Assembly (NCBI GenBank): GCA_002189035.1
Contig: CM007991.1
Span: 992,001 to 1,056,000, forward strand
Origin: Utricularia gibba
Taxonomy: Eukaryota; Plantae; Magnoliophyta
Reading direction: 5' to 3'
DNA length: 64,000 nucleotides
Part shown: piece after piece, positions 22,901 through 33,434 of the stretch
Layout of the letters: each line of letters opens with the position of its first letter
Position numbering within the stretch: the stretch's first letter is position 1
Notes under the pieces: model-generated
What the model was told of the DNA's origin: nothing
The model's input: only the letters and a program-made list of their open reading frames with translations
Database searches by the model: none
Made by a program: the position numbers and the translations under genes

Positions 22901-25039
22901 TGTGGACCTAACAGTAAACGATATCCTTCAGCATAGTGATCGACAAATAAAAAAATGCAGCTATTGGGGCGTACAATTTTACTCTCCCCGGTCATACTTG
23001 ATTCATCAATTGAAAGAGAGTGACCAGATACAACAACTCCATCTGCAGGTACCTGCAGCCAATAAAGCACAGTAGAAAAAACCAGACAACACATGACACA
23101 CCTCCTCCAACAAGCATATACATATCTAGACTATACCTGATCACCAATTTTCAGAGGAACAATATCCCCAACGACAATTTCAAATATAGAAACCTTTATT
23201 CTGCGTCCACATCTAACGACCTGTGAATAACAAGGAAATTATACACGGAGAAAAAGGAAGTGTAAAAAAAATTTGACAATCTTATACCCACCTCCATCTG
23301 TATATTTTGCTTTTCCTCATTCAGGTTTTGGAATTGAAGAGATTGTTTGTAATCACTCACAGCTACAGACAAACAACAACAGTGAGCATCATTAACAATC
23401 TGAAAAATACAAAAGGGGAATGATTCAAAATAGCAGCTATCATGATTTCAGCTAAAATAGGCTGAAATCATCATCAACACTAAGGGTATTTAAAATTTCA
23501 GTCCAAGTTCACAACCAGAATAATAATGCTAAGATTAGGATTTATTAAAGATTCGTGGAGTTAAAATTGCAGGTCCCTCAAACCTAGAGGCAACATTGGA
23601 ACTTATATAAGCATAATTCAACGCAAAGATGAGGCTATACCCGTAAAAAATATAACAATAAAAACAGCCAGGGCAATGCTTCCTCCATCATACCAGCCTT
23701 CTTTTATTCCCTGAAAATGGATAAATATTTTTAAAGAAAACCATGGCAAAATCATTTATCCACACTGCCCTTTTTTGGCTTGGGACATATACTCTTGGAC
23801 AACAAACCAAGATCCTAGGAACAAGGCAAAAACCTCAATAAATAAAAATGAATCAATGGAAATTATCCAGCATTGTTTTTCCTCTTACCTCAGTCTTAAT
23901 ACCTAGGGCTAAAGAAGCAGCTGCAGCCACCATCAAGATAATCAGAGTTGTATCCCGACATGCATCCCAGACAAAACTCTACAAATAAACCATGATAGAA
24001 CAAACTAAAACAATAAAAGATCCTCTTAATAATAATAAAAGAACTAGACTTTTATGATAATAAAGGTTACCAGGAAACTTTTTCCTTTCTTCCGTGGGTA
24101 TGTGTTTGATCCAAAACCAGACTTTCTCTTCAGGATGTCATCTTCATCACCTGGTATACCATTTTCCGCATTTGACTTAAGCTTCTCAGCTAGCCCTTTA
24201 ACCTGACGAAAAAAGCAGAAAGAATTGGATGAAACATGGAAAAACAGATGTAAATGTGGCAAAATGTGCACAAAGATACAGCTGCATTAAACTTGCCCCG
24301 CCACTTTGCTGCAAGAAAGAAAGATCATTCTCCTTGCACATGGAAACTAGGTCATCAGAACTGACACCAAAATCTCCAGTTGGCGTTGAGCTTGTTGGTA
24401 ATTTTGCGCTACCAGGAACTGTAATAAAATGTTCACAGTTCAATCATATCTAAAATGGTAAACAAGCGACAAACAACTAGAATAGACTACCACTTAAACC
24501 TTGCCCAGATGCAGCAGCTTGGAAAAGAAAAGCAGCCTACTCAAATTTCATTCATCATCAATCATCAATCATCAATAAATGATGCAAATGCATTTAAGAA
24601 AGAAAACTTTTAATGTATGTACCCGAATGACTTGAGCATGAGTTCTAATCTTGGCAATCAGCTGCCTCCTCTCTTCTTCCTTCTTCAAGTCCAGTGTATA
24701 TCGAAATCGCCTTGATGCATTCAACACCAATGCCGCTTGCTAAATGATTAAGCATAAAAAACGTTTAGGGTTTAGGAAACGCTTAGAAGTACAAGTCCAA
24801 AGCACGTTTGAATCATGAAGAGGAACCAACTCAAAAATCCAAAGTTAGACAGAATCTTTTACAGCTCTTTTAAATTCACTCACCCTCCACCTACGCAACC
24901 TATCAACTGGAGCACTTTTAGTTCTCGGGATGTCAAAGGGGCTAGAAGTTTCATCCTCGTCCTCTTCGTACCCTTGAATTCCAGCCTCCACATCGTTCTT
25001 GTGGCGTCTGTAAGGCGAGTGGCGAAAATCATCCTTCAT
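16909..25039 (-). CDS. ACA10: P2B autoinhibited Ca2+-ATPase, ACA8/9/10 clade
   Basis: N-terminus [12 protein letters not shown]...[19 protein letters not shown]|[18 protein letters not shown] (CaM-binding region), [53 protein letters not shown]. About 30 short exons. GC donor at 24296-24295. Assignment among ACA8/9/10 is uncertain. Confidence 0.93.
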
Positions 25040-25786
25040 TATGGATTATTCGCAAGAGAGACGGCACCTTTATCTACAGAAAAAAAAAGGAAGTTTGAGC
25101 AACATATTATTAAACTGGATCCATTCTGCAAGTTGTTTCATGCCATAGATAAACCTAAACACTCAAGAAATCCGTTGGACAAGCGGATTCACATCTCTTA
25201 CAACGAAAAAAAACCTCTGTCCTTGGAACCGAAGCAATTTGGTTAACTTTACACTCACACCAGGGTATCATTTCTAATACGGACACGCTACCACACATTG
25301 AGCATCATAAAACATCGGATCTATACGTTGTAATAGAGAGAAAAACATCATAAACTTGCACAGACAACAGAAAAATCACTAACAACAAGAAAGCTATTGA
25401 AATATTCTAGTTCATCACCAGATCGGCAACAACAAGAAAAAAAATGCTGCATCACCATAAGAACCATTTTCGCGATATCAAAACTACACCCACAGTGAAC
25501 CCCGTCCCCTTGTAACTACAACAAAAACCCTCACATACACAGAATCTCTCATTCCCCTGGACGGTATGCCGGCGTGAGAAGGCAACGACAACAGCACGCG
25601 AAGTTGCGAGAAAGATGGAGACTAGAGAGGAAGCCTCCAGGAAATTTCGCTCGAATCTTGTTTTTTCAAACTTCCCATATACTATTGATGTGGACTTTTA
25701 TCAAGTGAGAGCGCCCTTTTTAATACTTCAAATTAATACTCTTTCCTTATTTGGAAGCGAAGGGACAAGGACACACCTTATATATT

Positions 25787-26111
25787 GCATATGTTTGGTT
25801 GATGAAATTACATGTATTTAAAAATAGAATTTTAAAATGTAGTATATTTAGTTGATACATTTAAATAAAACCCGAAGCTTCACCAAGAAAGTTGATATAT
25901 TCAATCTCCACAATTCTACCACAAATTTCAACATTATATGGATTTTTTAAAAACCCAATTACTCCTTTTTATTTTATTTAAAATCAATTAATTTAATTTT
26001 TAATCTTAATAACAAAATACTGTCTAAAAAAATTAATTTCAGTACATCAACTTTATTTATACCCAAGTAAATTAAAACCATTTTATTTCATTCTCATTAA
26101 TCAAACATTGC
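25787..26111. mobile_element. Tourist/PIF-Harbinger-like MITE
   Basis: Ends GCATATGTTTGGTTGATG and CATTAATCAAACATTGC form an imperfect TIR (1 indel, 2 mismatches) around an AT-rich 325-bp body, with TTA immediately 3'. A similar end (GCATATGTTTGAAATGAAATT) occurs at 48121. Confidence 0.5.
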
Positions 26112-26506
26112 TTATAATTCTATTTGAAATTTCCTAATCAATTCAAATTTAATATTTTCTGTCCTATTCTTTATTTTTGTTTTCATTTTTTTCCACGAAT
26201 ATAATTAGAAAATATACTCCACTACAAAATCGCAACATAAAGTGTATTTATAGGGCTACAAAACAAAACACGAAAAAAATACCAACATTTGCAAATATCA
26301 GTAACAATGGAGTGCATAATTCACTTCTACTATCACAAACTAGATATTCTAAACACGATTACCAAATACATGCATAAAACTTATTTACTAAATAAATTTT
26401 TGAATTCTATAACTCAGAAGAGAAAGAAATGTATTCCATCGGTTAAAAGAAAAAGAGAGAGAGAGAGAATGGAAGAAGAAGACTTGTCGGAATGAAACGC
26501 GAACAA

Positions 26507-26613
26507 ACCTTACAGAGAAGAGTCTCTCTGGAGGCAGGGCAGGACTGCTGGAACCGCGGAGAGTTATACCCAAGGCTCACTCCTCCGTGACGAATGACGG
26601 CAGCGTGACGTCA
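26507..26613 (-). promoter_or_regulatory. Putative distal promoter and short non-coding first exon of the ACA gene
   Basis: Three TGACG motifs (26588, 26595, and 26606 within the palindrome TGACGTCA), TATAA at 26568-26564, and a short leader ending in the donor AAG|GTTTGT (26508) followed by a pyrimidine-rich intron-like tract. Confidence 0.45.
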
Positions 26614-28517
26614 TGGGTAGGATGAAGGGAAGGTGGTGGGAAGCTTCGCCACCAGTCCATAATATCACTTTCAACTTCACATTTACACTCTTTTACTTTT
26701 TAATAAGCGTCTCCACAAGCTGTTCAATAAACTTTACAAGTACGAAATTGCAATATTTCAACTCTGTTTGGAACAGATTTTGTTATTGCATAAGCATTTC
26801 ATAGCCCTCCTCGTTATTGCTGTTGAAATTTAGGATTTGATGATATAAGTATACCAAAAACATATATTATATTAACAAAAATTAAATTTAATATATTAGT
26901 AATAATTTATAATTTTTTTATATATAATATTTCACTCTTAAATTAGTATTGTTTGTTTGAATAATTGTTGCACATCGATGAAAGGCGCCTTGGGGGGACA
27001 AGCAGCGGCATGCCTCCCCAAGTGTTAGAACTGCCTGCGAGGGAGTAGAGATCACACCACTTGCAGGTAGGTGCTGCTGCTGCACTTATTCATCCAATGA
27101 AGTAGGGTTTGATATTTGGGATGAGCAACTAATGACCTCTCTTTTCTGGTCCCATGCGCTGCTATGCTAAAGTAAACCGAGGATGGCGTAAGAGTGCATG
27201 CGATCGTGGACGGATGTGTGCCTAGAAAATATTACTTTTTCTTTAGACCCACTTTTTACAGTCAGTCAACCACTACACCCACCGCCCCCGCCGTGAAACC
27301 AATAAAAAAAAAAAGGCTCAAAGAAGCTTGAGGAATTTGTGGCATTATTGGACTACCAGAATCAATCATAAAATTATTTAAAAAATTTCATCCTAGGTTT
27401 TGTTTATGTACTCCCTCTATTTCATCATGGATGTGGAATATGGATGTGTTTTGAGCCTCCAGGTATTATTCAGAGTCTGGGCCATGGCCCAATTGACTTG
27501 AATAAACTGTAATGGGCCGCACCGTTAATCGAGCCCGGAGAGAGGGACGCCTAGGGGGTTACTTAGCCCATACATTTGGGCCTCTAATGCACGTGCCCCA
27601 TAACCAGGCGCGTGTACGGTGATCACCACTAATGATCTATCTATCTATCAGATCCGGTGATCCCTATCTATCCCCCCCCCCGCGGTGCAAAGCCTACCTG
27701 CCTGCCTGCCACGTGGCCAGTTAGACGAGGCCTTAATTCCATACACGCCAGGGCCGTGAGTTATTGTGGGGGTGATCTCTTTGAATGACAGGACTGTTGG
27801 GTTATTATTACTATCATGGTACCCGGCCCGACCCGGACGACAGAAATGTTGGTTTGGCCCACCCGTTTCGTGATATTAGGAATGGGTCTGGAGAAACATT
27901 TAAAACATGCCGTTTCAGTCTTAACTTCAACTGCGATTGTCCTTTGCCCAACCTCACACTTCACTCCATTATCACATCCCATTCGTGCGAACCAACTCTC
28001 ACACACGCACGCAACATCCATCCATCCATCCGGTTCTGCGCTGCCTGCTCCTACTTACTACACACCTTTCTTGTCTTCACAAAATGTAGAAAAATTTTGT
28101 TATTAATATGTGAAATAGAAAATAACTATTTTTCTAAATGACCCCTTTTTCACATCTGTTTCAATTTGAAGTAGATAAACACACGTGATGTGTGGTTCGA
28201 ATGAAAAGTAACAAATTTCAATATTTAAACACCCAAAATAGACATGCCATGAACCTTTAAGACAAGCGACAAGAGGGGGGTACATTAGTAATTTCTTGGT
28301 TTCAATTTTCACTGAATTTTTGGCTACATTTTTTCTCGTCTATTTTGCGCCAAAAATGCCGTGAAAATTGTGGCCTTCGTTCCCCACACACGACTTTCAA
28401 ACGCTAAACATGCTTATGACGACTAATTACCTAGTTAAACACACGGACTAGGCGGGTGGATCCATACCCGACCCGGATTATGCTACATAGAATCAACACT
28501 AGGGGAGCTTTTCCCTG

Positions 28518-29102
28518 TTAATAATAAAAGTCACGTGACGGCACCACATAATTATAAAGGGTCGGGTCACCGAATCCAGAGCCGGACCCGGAAGCGGGCG
28601 GCGCGTGGGCGTTGTGGACACCGTTCCAGATCTCCGTGAAAGCCCTGACGATAATTCCGTGGTAGTAGGGCGAATTGAGCTGCAGGAAGCAGTTGAGAAG
28701 CTCCTTCAGCTCCTCCTTGGTGTAAATCTCCCTTTCCAGAATCATCTGCAGCATCGACTGCCGGAAATCGAGGTACGGGTCGTCGGAATCCTTCTCCACC
28801 GCTACGCTGCCGCCGCCGATCTTGTTACCGAAGCCGCGCACGGTTCTCAGGCTGTGGACGTCGGAGTCGGTGTCCGACGAGTACCACCGCGTCGGAGTGT
28901 CCGTGTCCACCGCGGAGAACGTGGTGCGAGTGCCGTTGTCCCACGAGCTCGACGACGCGCAGTGTCGGCGCGACATCGATGAGCCCCGGCGGGGCCCCGG
29001 CTGGAACGCCGATGACGCCCGCGGGCGCCGGCAGCCGATCCCGCAGCCGAGGGCGGCCGCGAGCGTGCTCAGAATGCGCTTTTTCTTACTCCCGGCAGAC
29101 AT
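28518..29102 (-). CDS. OFP6: OVATE family transcriptional repressor, OFP6/OFP19-like (194 aa, intronless)
   Basis: OVATE domain AVEKDSDDPYLDFRQSMLQMILEREIY...LLNCFLQLNSPYYHGIIVRAFTEIW. The first ATG (MSAGSKKKR) is at 29102. Confidence 0.92.
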   Translation of the reverse strand: MSAGSKKKRILSTLAAALGCGIGCRRPRASSAFQPGPRRGSSMSRRHCASSSSWDNGTRTTFSAVDTDTPTRWYSSDTDSDVHSLRTVRGFGNKIGGGSVAVEKDSDDPYLDFRQSMLQMILEREIYTKEELKELLNCFLQLNSPYYHGIIVRAFTEIWNGVHNAHAPPASGSGSGFGDPTLYNYVVPSRDFYY

Positions 29103-30017
29103 TTCCTCTCCCGCCGGCAGCAACTGTGTGTGTGTGTGTGTGGAGTGTGTGAAGAATGAAAAGGAACTCTAGCTTTTGTTTCCGTATGGGCACGCTGCAC
29201 TTCCGAGATGTAACCCTTGTCCTATATAAAATCATCCAGTCTCCAGTGGGCCCCCTTCATTTGTACGTAATAAAAATGAATAAAAATATGTGGATATTAG
29301 CACGAGTGAGAAAAACAAAAAAAAACAAACATATTTTCCAAATTACCGCAATTATTTTCTGAAAAAGGTATTACTTAAAACAAGATAGCAAGGCCGTACA
29401 GGACTTCCCTGGGCCCTACATTCGGGGCAGCCTGATTTTAATTAATTGGCCTGACACGGCTTAGGGTTCGGTTTAATAGCGATTTGACCCCCCAAATCCA
29501 AATCCGTCTTAAATAAAAGAAGATATCGCCAGATTTATAAAGATTCCCATGCCATAAATATGGGCCACGAACAAAGAGACGACGTCGTTTTGCACCAAAA
29601 TTGTTGGATTTAGTTAATTACCACATATTTTGTGGATAAATAAGTATGCGTGGTGTAGGGTCCCAGCCCGGGAGATGGAGATGGAGATGGAGCGGGGCAA
29701 TGATATCCGACAGCGGAATGCTTAGCCCTCAATTATTCTGCTCGTAGGGGGTTACATTTTCAATTCCGATGTCTTTGTTGTGATTGAGACCGAACCGTGC
29801 CGTGACATTGAACCAAGTACATTAATGAAGCTCCCAGCCACTCCTCTTTATAACTTAAGGCTTCCATTATTATCATCCTCCCATTTTTCTTTACTTACTT
29901 TTATAATATGATATACCGACTCGGAACGAGCATCGAAACTCATGGCAACAATTATGTGTACTAGTGCATCAGGCGTCATTAGGGATTAAATCGATGTATC
30001 TACTTATATGATATTAA

Positions 30018-30306
30018 GGGTGTAGTTTGTGCGACTTAATCAATAATTTTTATTTAATTCATAAGTAGAAGTTATTGTATAAGTAAATGTAAAATAAGTA
30101 AAAGTAATTTATTTGAAATTAAGTAACTTACTTTTTAAATAAATCATATTTTTCTCAACTTATGTGATAAATAGATAAAGTAATTAAAATTAAAATAAAT
30201 TAAAAATAAAGTAGAATTAAAAATTAAAGTAAAAATATTCTGTAAAACACTTAATTTTATTTTTACTTTAAGTCATAAATTATAAAATAATTCATACAGA
30301 CTATAA
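30018..30306. mobile_element. Degenerate Tourist-like MITE remnant
   Basis: Begins TAA-GGGTGTAGTTTG, has an AT-rich body, and the far end (...CATACAGACTATA) is only about 13/19 complementary. Confidence 0.25.
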
Positions 30307-31321
30307 ATGTTATGTTATTAATACTCAATTTAATGATTTTATATTTTCTTAAAATAATTTAATATGAGTATATTAAATTTTTAGAGTTATTATTATGGAA
30401 TTTCATTGTTCTCATGAAAATGTGATGTGCAATCATTTTATTCAATCTCATTCTCTATTTTATTCATAATATTTGCCTAGGATGCTTTCATACTTCTTCG
30501 GGTGGGGGCTCACACACTAGATAATAGCTATGCTCCTGGAGGAAGATATGAGAGACCACGCAATTTGGGCCTTCATGCACCTTGTTGTTGGGTAATGGGC
30601 TTTCTCTGCTCACAAAAGATATAGAACAGAAATATGATGTTATTTAGAGAGTTTTATGAAAATAATTTTTTTAAAAATGAGAATAAAAAATAGAAGTAAA
30701 CTGAAAAAAATGTTTTATATGTAGAAATTGAAAATTATTTTTAGAAATAAATTATAAAATGATTAATTTCTATTTTTTTAAGAATTAAAAATATGAAAGT
30801 TGTGCACATAACATTATGTTAACGGCATTGAAGGCAAGGCTGTTTCTGTCATTTAACAACAATCAAATCAGAAACGTTCGGGCATTGCGTTTCGAGATCT
30901 GTGTCCGCACCAATGTTGTAACATTATGCATTTAGATCGAGTATATATGATTTTTTAAATTGGAAATAACTATTTTTATAAATAATATTTTATACTTTAT
31001 GAAAAATAATTAAAAAATAATCAATCCAATCGTCGCGTTTGGATTCTGTCATAATAAAATACAGGAATATAATTTATTCTGATTTAGGTAAAATTTGTGC
31101 ATTTTTAGATCTAGAAGCTTAGGGTGTAATAATTATATGATTGTAATTATTCTACATCATGGAGTGCCAATGCAATTAATGCTTTTGGTAGATATGGTTG
31201 AAGTTGCTAGTTGACTTTCATGTGATCAAACATAACTTTGGGCACCTAACTAACCATAGTTAAAATTTACCCATGGATGATCATAAACTGACGTCATTTA
31301 TTCAGAAAAATGAGTTAATAA

Positions 31322-31879
31322 TTATAAGTATTGATTTTTTTGTTTAAATATAAATGATTTATTCTTATAATTATATAGTTGGCGGTTGAAATTCTCCATG
31401 ACAAGTTCACCCCTGTCAGTGTCAAGGAAAAGACGGGAATACCCCGGATCAACGACGCCACCGATGCGTCTCTTCCAAGGTACCATCTTCACGCTTTGCT
31501 TACTCTTTGAAACAAAAGCTCTTTTCCGAGAAGTTATCTTGAATCCTACTGAAAACCCACCGCTTGAATCCACCTTTTTTTTTCCTACATTTGTAATGTA
31601 TACAACCGGTATCCAGACTACAATGGCAACGAATGCACATACAACCACGCAGAAGCAACGTTGAAAGTCTTTTTTTTTTTCTTTTTTTGTACAAGTAACT
31701 TCCGTTTCTTGAATGGTTTGAAGGTCTGAAGTTTCGCAAGACACGTTTTTCTCATCTGGGTTCTCTGTTTTGGTAAGGGTGAGGATTCGGGATGAGATCG
31801 TTGCGTTCGTTGATGGGTGACAATTGTTTTGTGGATTTACATTTCCATTGAAAGGAAGTGATTCTAGTGCTGTGTTCAT
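31322..31879 (-). CDS. Orphan 185-aa ORF: disordered N-terminus, one hydrophobic helix and a bulb-lectin-like fragment
   Basis: True ATG at 31879 and 558 nt open in AT-rich DNA. Hydrophobic stretch CFCVVVCAFVAIVVWIPVVYIT, then SSGGFSVGF...KMVPW...SRLFLDTDRGELVM. It overlaps the probable HVA22 5' leader on the opposite strand. Confidence 0.4.
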   Translation of the reverse strand: MNTALESLPFNGNVNPQNNCHPSTNATISSRILTLTKTENPDEKNVSCETSDLQTIQETEVTCTKKEKKKDFQRCFCVVVCAFVAIVVWIPVVYITNVGKKKVDSSGGFSVGFKITSRKRAFVSKSKQSVKMVPWKRRIGGVVDPGYSRLFLDTDRGELVMENFNRQLYNYKNKSFIFKQKNQYL

Positions 31880-31919
31880 ATTTGATTGATTTGTTCATGT
31901 AGGATAAGTTTTCGGGAAG

Positions 31920-33241
31920 ATGATTGAAGAAGCGATCACGAAGAGTTTGACGTATGCTCTCTGTGAAGGATACTAATGGTTTTAATCAACGCTTTTACTT
32001 CGTTATTTCGGATCTGATTCTCATTGTGCTTCTGGGTTTTGGTGTTAGACTGGTTCTGGGGTATGCTTACCCTGCATTCCGATGCTTTAAAAATGTAGAG
32101 AAAAACAGAGTCGAGATCCCCGAGCTTCGGTTCTGGTGTCAATATTGGTGAGTTTCTTACATCCCCCCACCCCTCCGCTAATTCTAGTTTACAGTGGTTT
32201 CAGTTGGTTGATTGCAGGATAACCGTTGCGGTGATCACCGTCTTCGAGACAGTCGGAGACATTCTGGTTTCGTGGTAAGATTTTCGAAACGTGATCTTTG
32301 TCTGTGGATGTTCATGCAGATACACTGGGTTGAAAAATCGCATCTTTCGTTGTCTGAAACGAAATGCCCTTCTGCGGCAGGGTGCCGATGTACGGTGAAT
32401 TGAAGCTCGCCCTTTTCATCTACTTGTGGTACCCAAGAACCAAGGTGACAGACACATCTCGTACCGCTGCTGGTTGATTTGCCGGGCCGGAGGATCAAGT
32501 GAACTGAAATGGGAAAATTGCAGGGAACAGGGCGGATATACGAGTCGGTTCTTAGGCCGTATGTGCTTAAACACGAGACGAGTATCGATCGGAGCTTGAT
32601 TGAGTTCAGAGAACGGGCCTGGGATCTGGCTGTCTACTACTGGGAAAACTGCACCGAGTTGGGATCCACCACAGTTCTCCATTGTTTGCAGTACGTTTCT
32701 GCTCAATCCTCCAGGCTTCTCCTTTCTCAGGTATGCAGATTTCCTTTCGTTTCTCCTGGTTGGATCAGTTGAGCAAAATCATTTGCAAGCTGATCCAAGT
32801 AAATTGAAAAAGAAGAAGAATCTTCGTGGGAATCGTTTGCAAAGCAAAATCATCTTTGCCTCGTGTCTTCAGCCTGAAGCAAAGCAAAAGCTACAGAGCA
32901 AAATGGAAATTGACCGGTTGTTTCCGTTTGTTATGCAGGAAGTGCCTAATGAGCAATCACTGGAAGTCGCGGCGCGATCGCCGACGAGCGCGTCATCGGG
33001 AGGAGTATCCCGGTGGTTCAAGAGGCGGGCGCCGGGATCCGGATCAACGCCTCGTCGTGAGCAAGCGACAAAATCGGAAGCGATAAAAGTTACGCTCCAG
33101 AAGCAGAAGCAGGTCATTCGCCCGGAAGATGTTCTGGTGTCGGACTCCGGCGTCTCCCCCAAATCCAGAGAAAAATTAGACCGTGATCACGACGTACTGA
33201 GCGCGAAGCTCCGACTACGGCGGTTCATAGATGGAGAATAG
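31920..33241 (+). CDS. HVA22: HVA22-like (REEP/DP1) protein, HVA22i/j group
   Basis: Exon 1 MIEEAITKSLT (31920-31951) splices to LVLGYAYPAFRCFKNVEKNRVEIPELRFWCQYW, followed by PMYGELKLALFIYLWYP and GTGRIYESVLRPYVLKHETSIDR. The C-terminus ends KLRLRRFIDGE*. Confidence 0.9.
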
Positions 33242-33434
33242 TGAGTAGAGCGAAATTGAATCTGTGTCATTTTATGAAAATTGAATTGAATATAAATGCA
33301 TGCAAGGGGTGAAAAATTATAATTAAAATAAATATAGTCCAAATTAAATCTGAAAAAAAAAAAACAAAAAACAGAAGAGAACGACCCATGGAGATGCAAA
33401 GTGCAAAACCTGATCCCCTTGAGAAAACAAACAA

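Noticed and set aside
24766-24778. TTTAGGGTTTAGG telomeric 13-mer in an ACA intron
   Set aside because: Under two repeat units; an ordinary telo-box-type word, not an interstitial telomere array.
27761-28141. Three overlapping 86-118 aa ORFs downstream of OFP
   Set aside because: No motif, no splice or codon pattern, and two begin at non-ATG codons.
30809-30928. 10-bp direct repeat TAACATTATG around ~100 bp (possible Mutator TSD)
   Set aside because: No terminal inverted repeats inside; likely by chance in AT-rich DNA.
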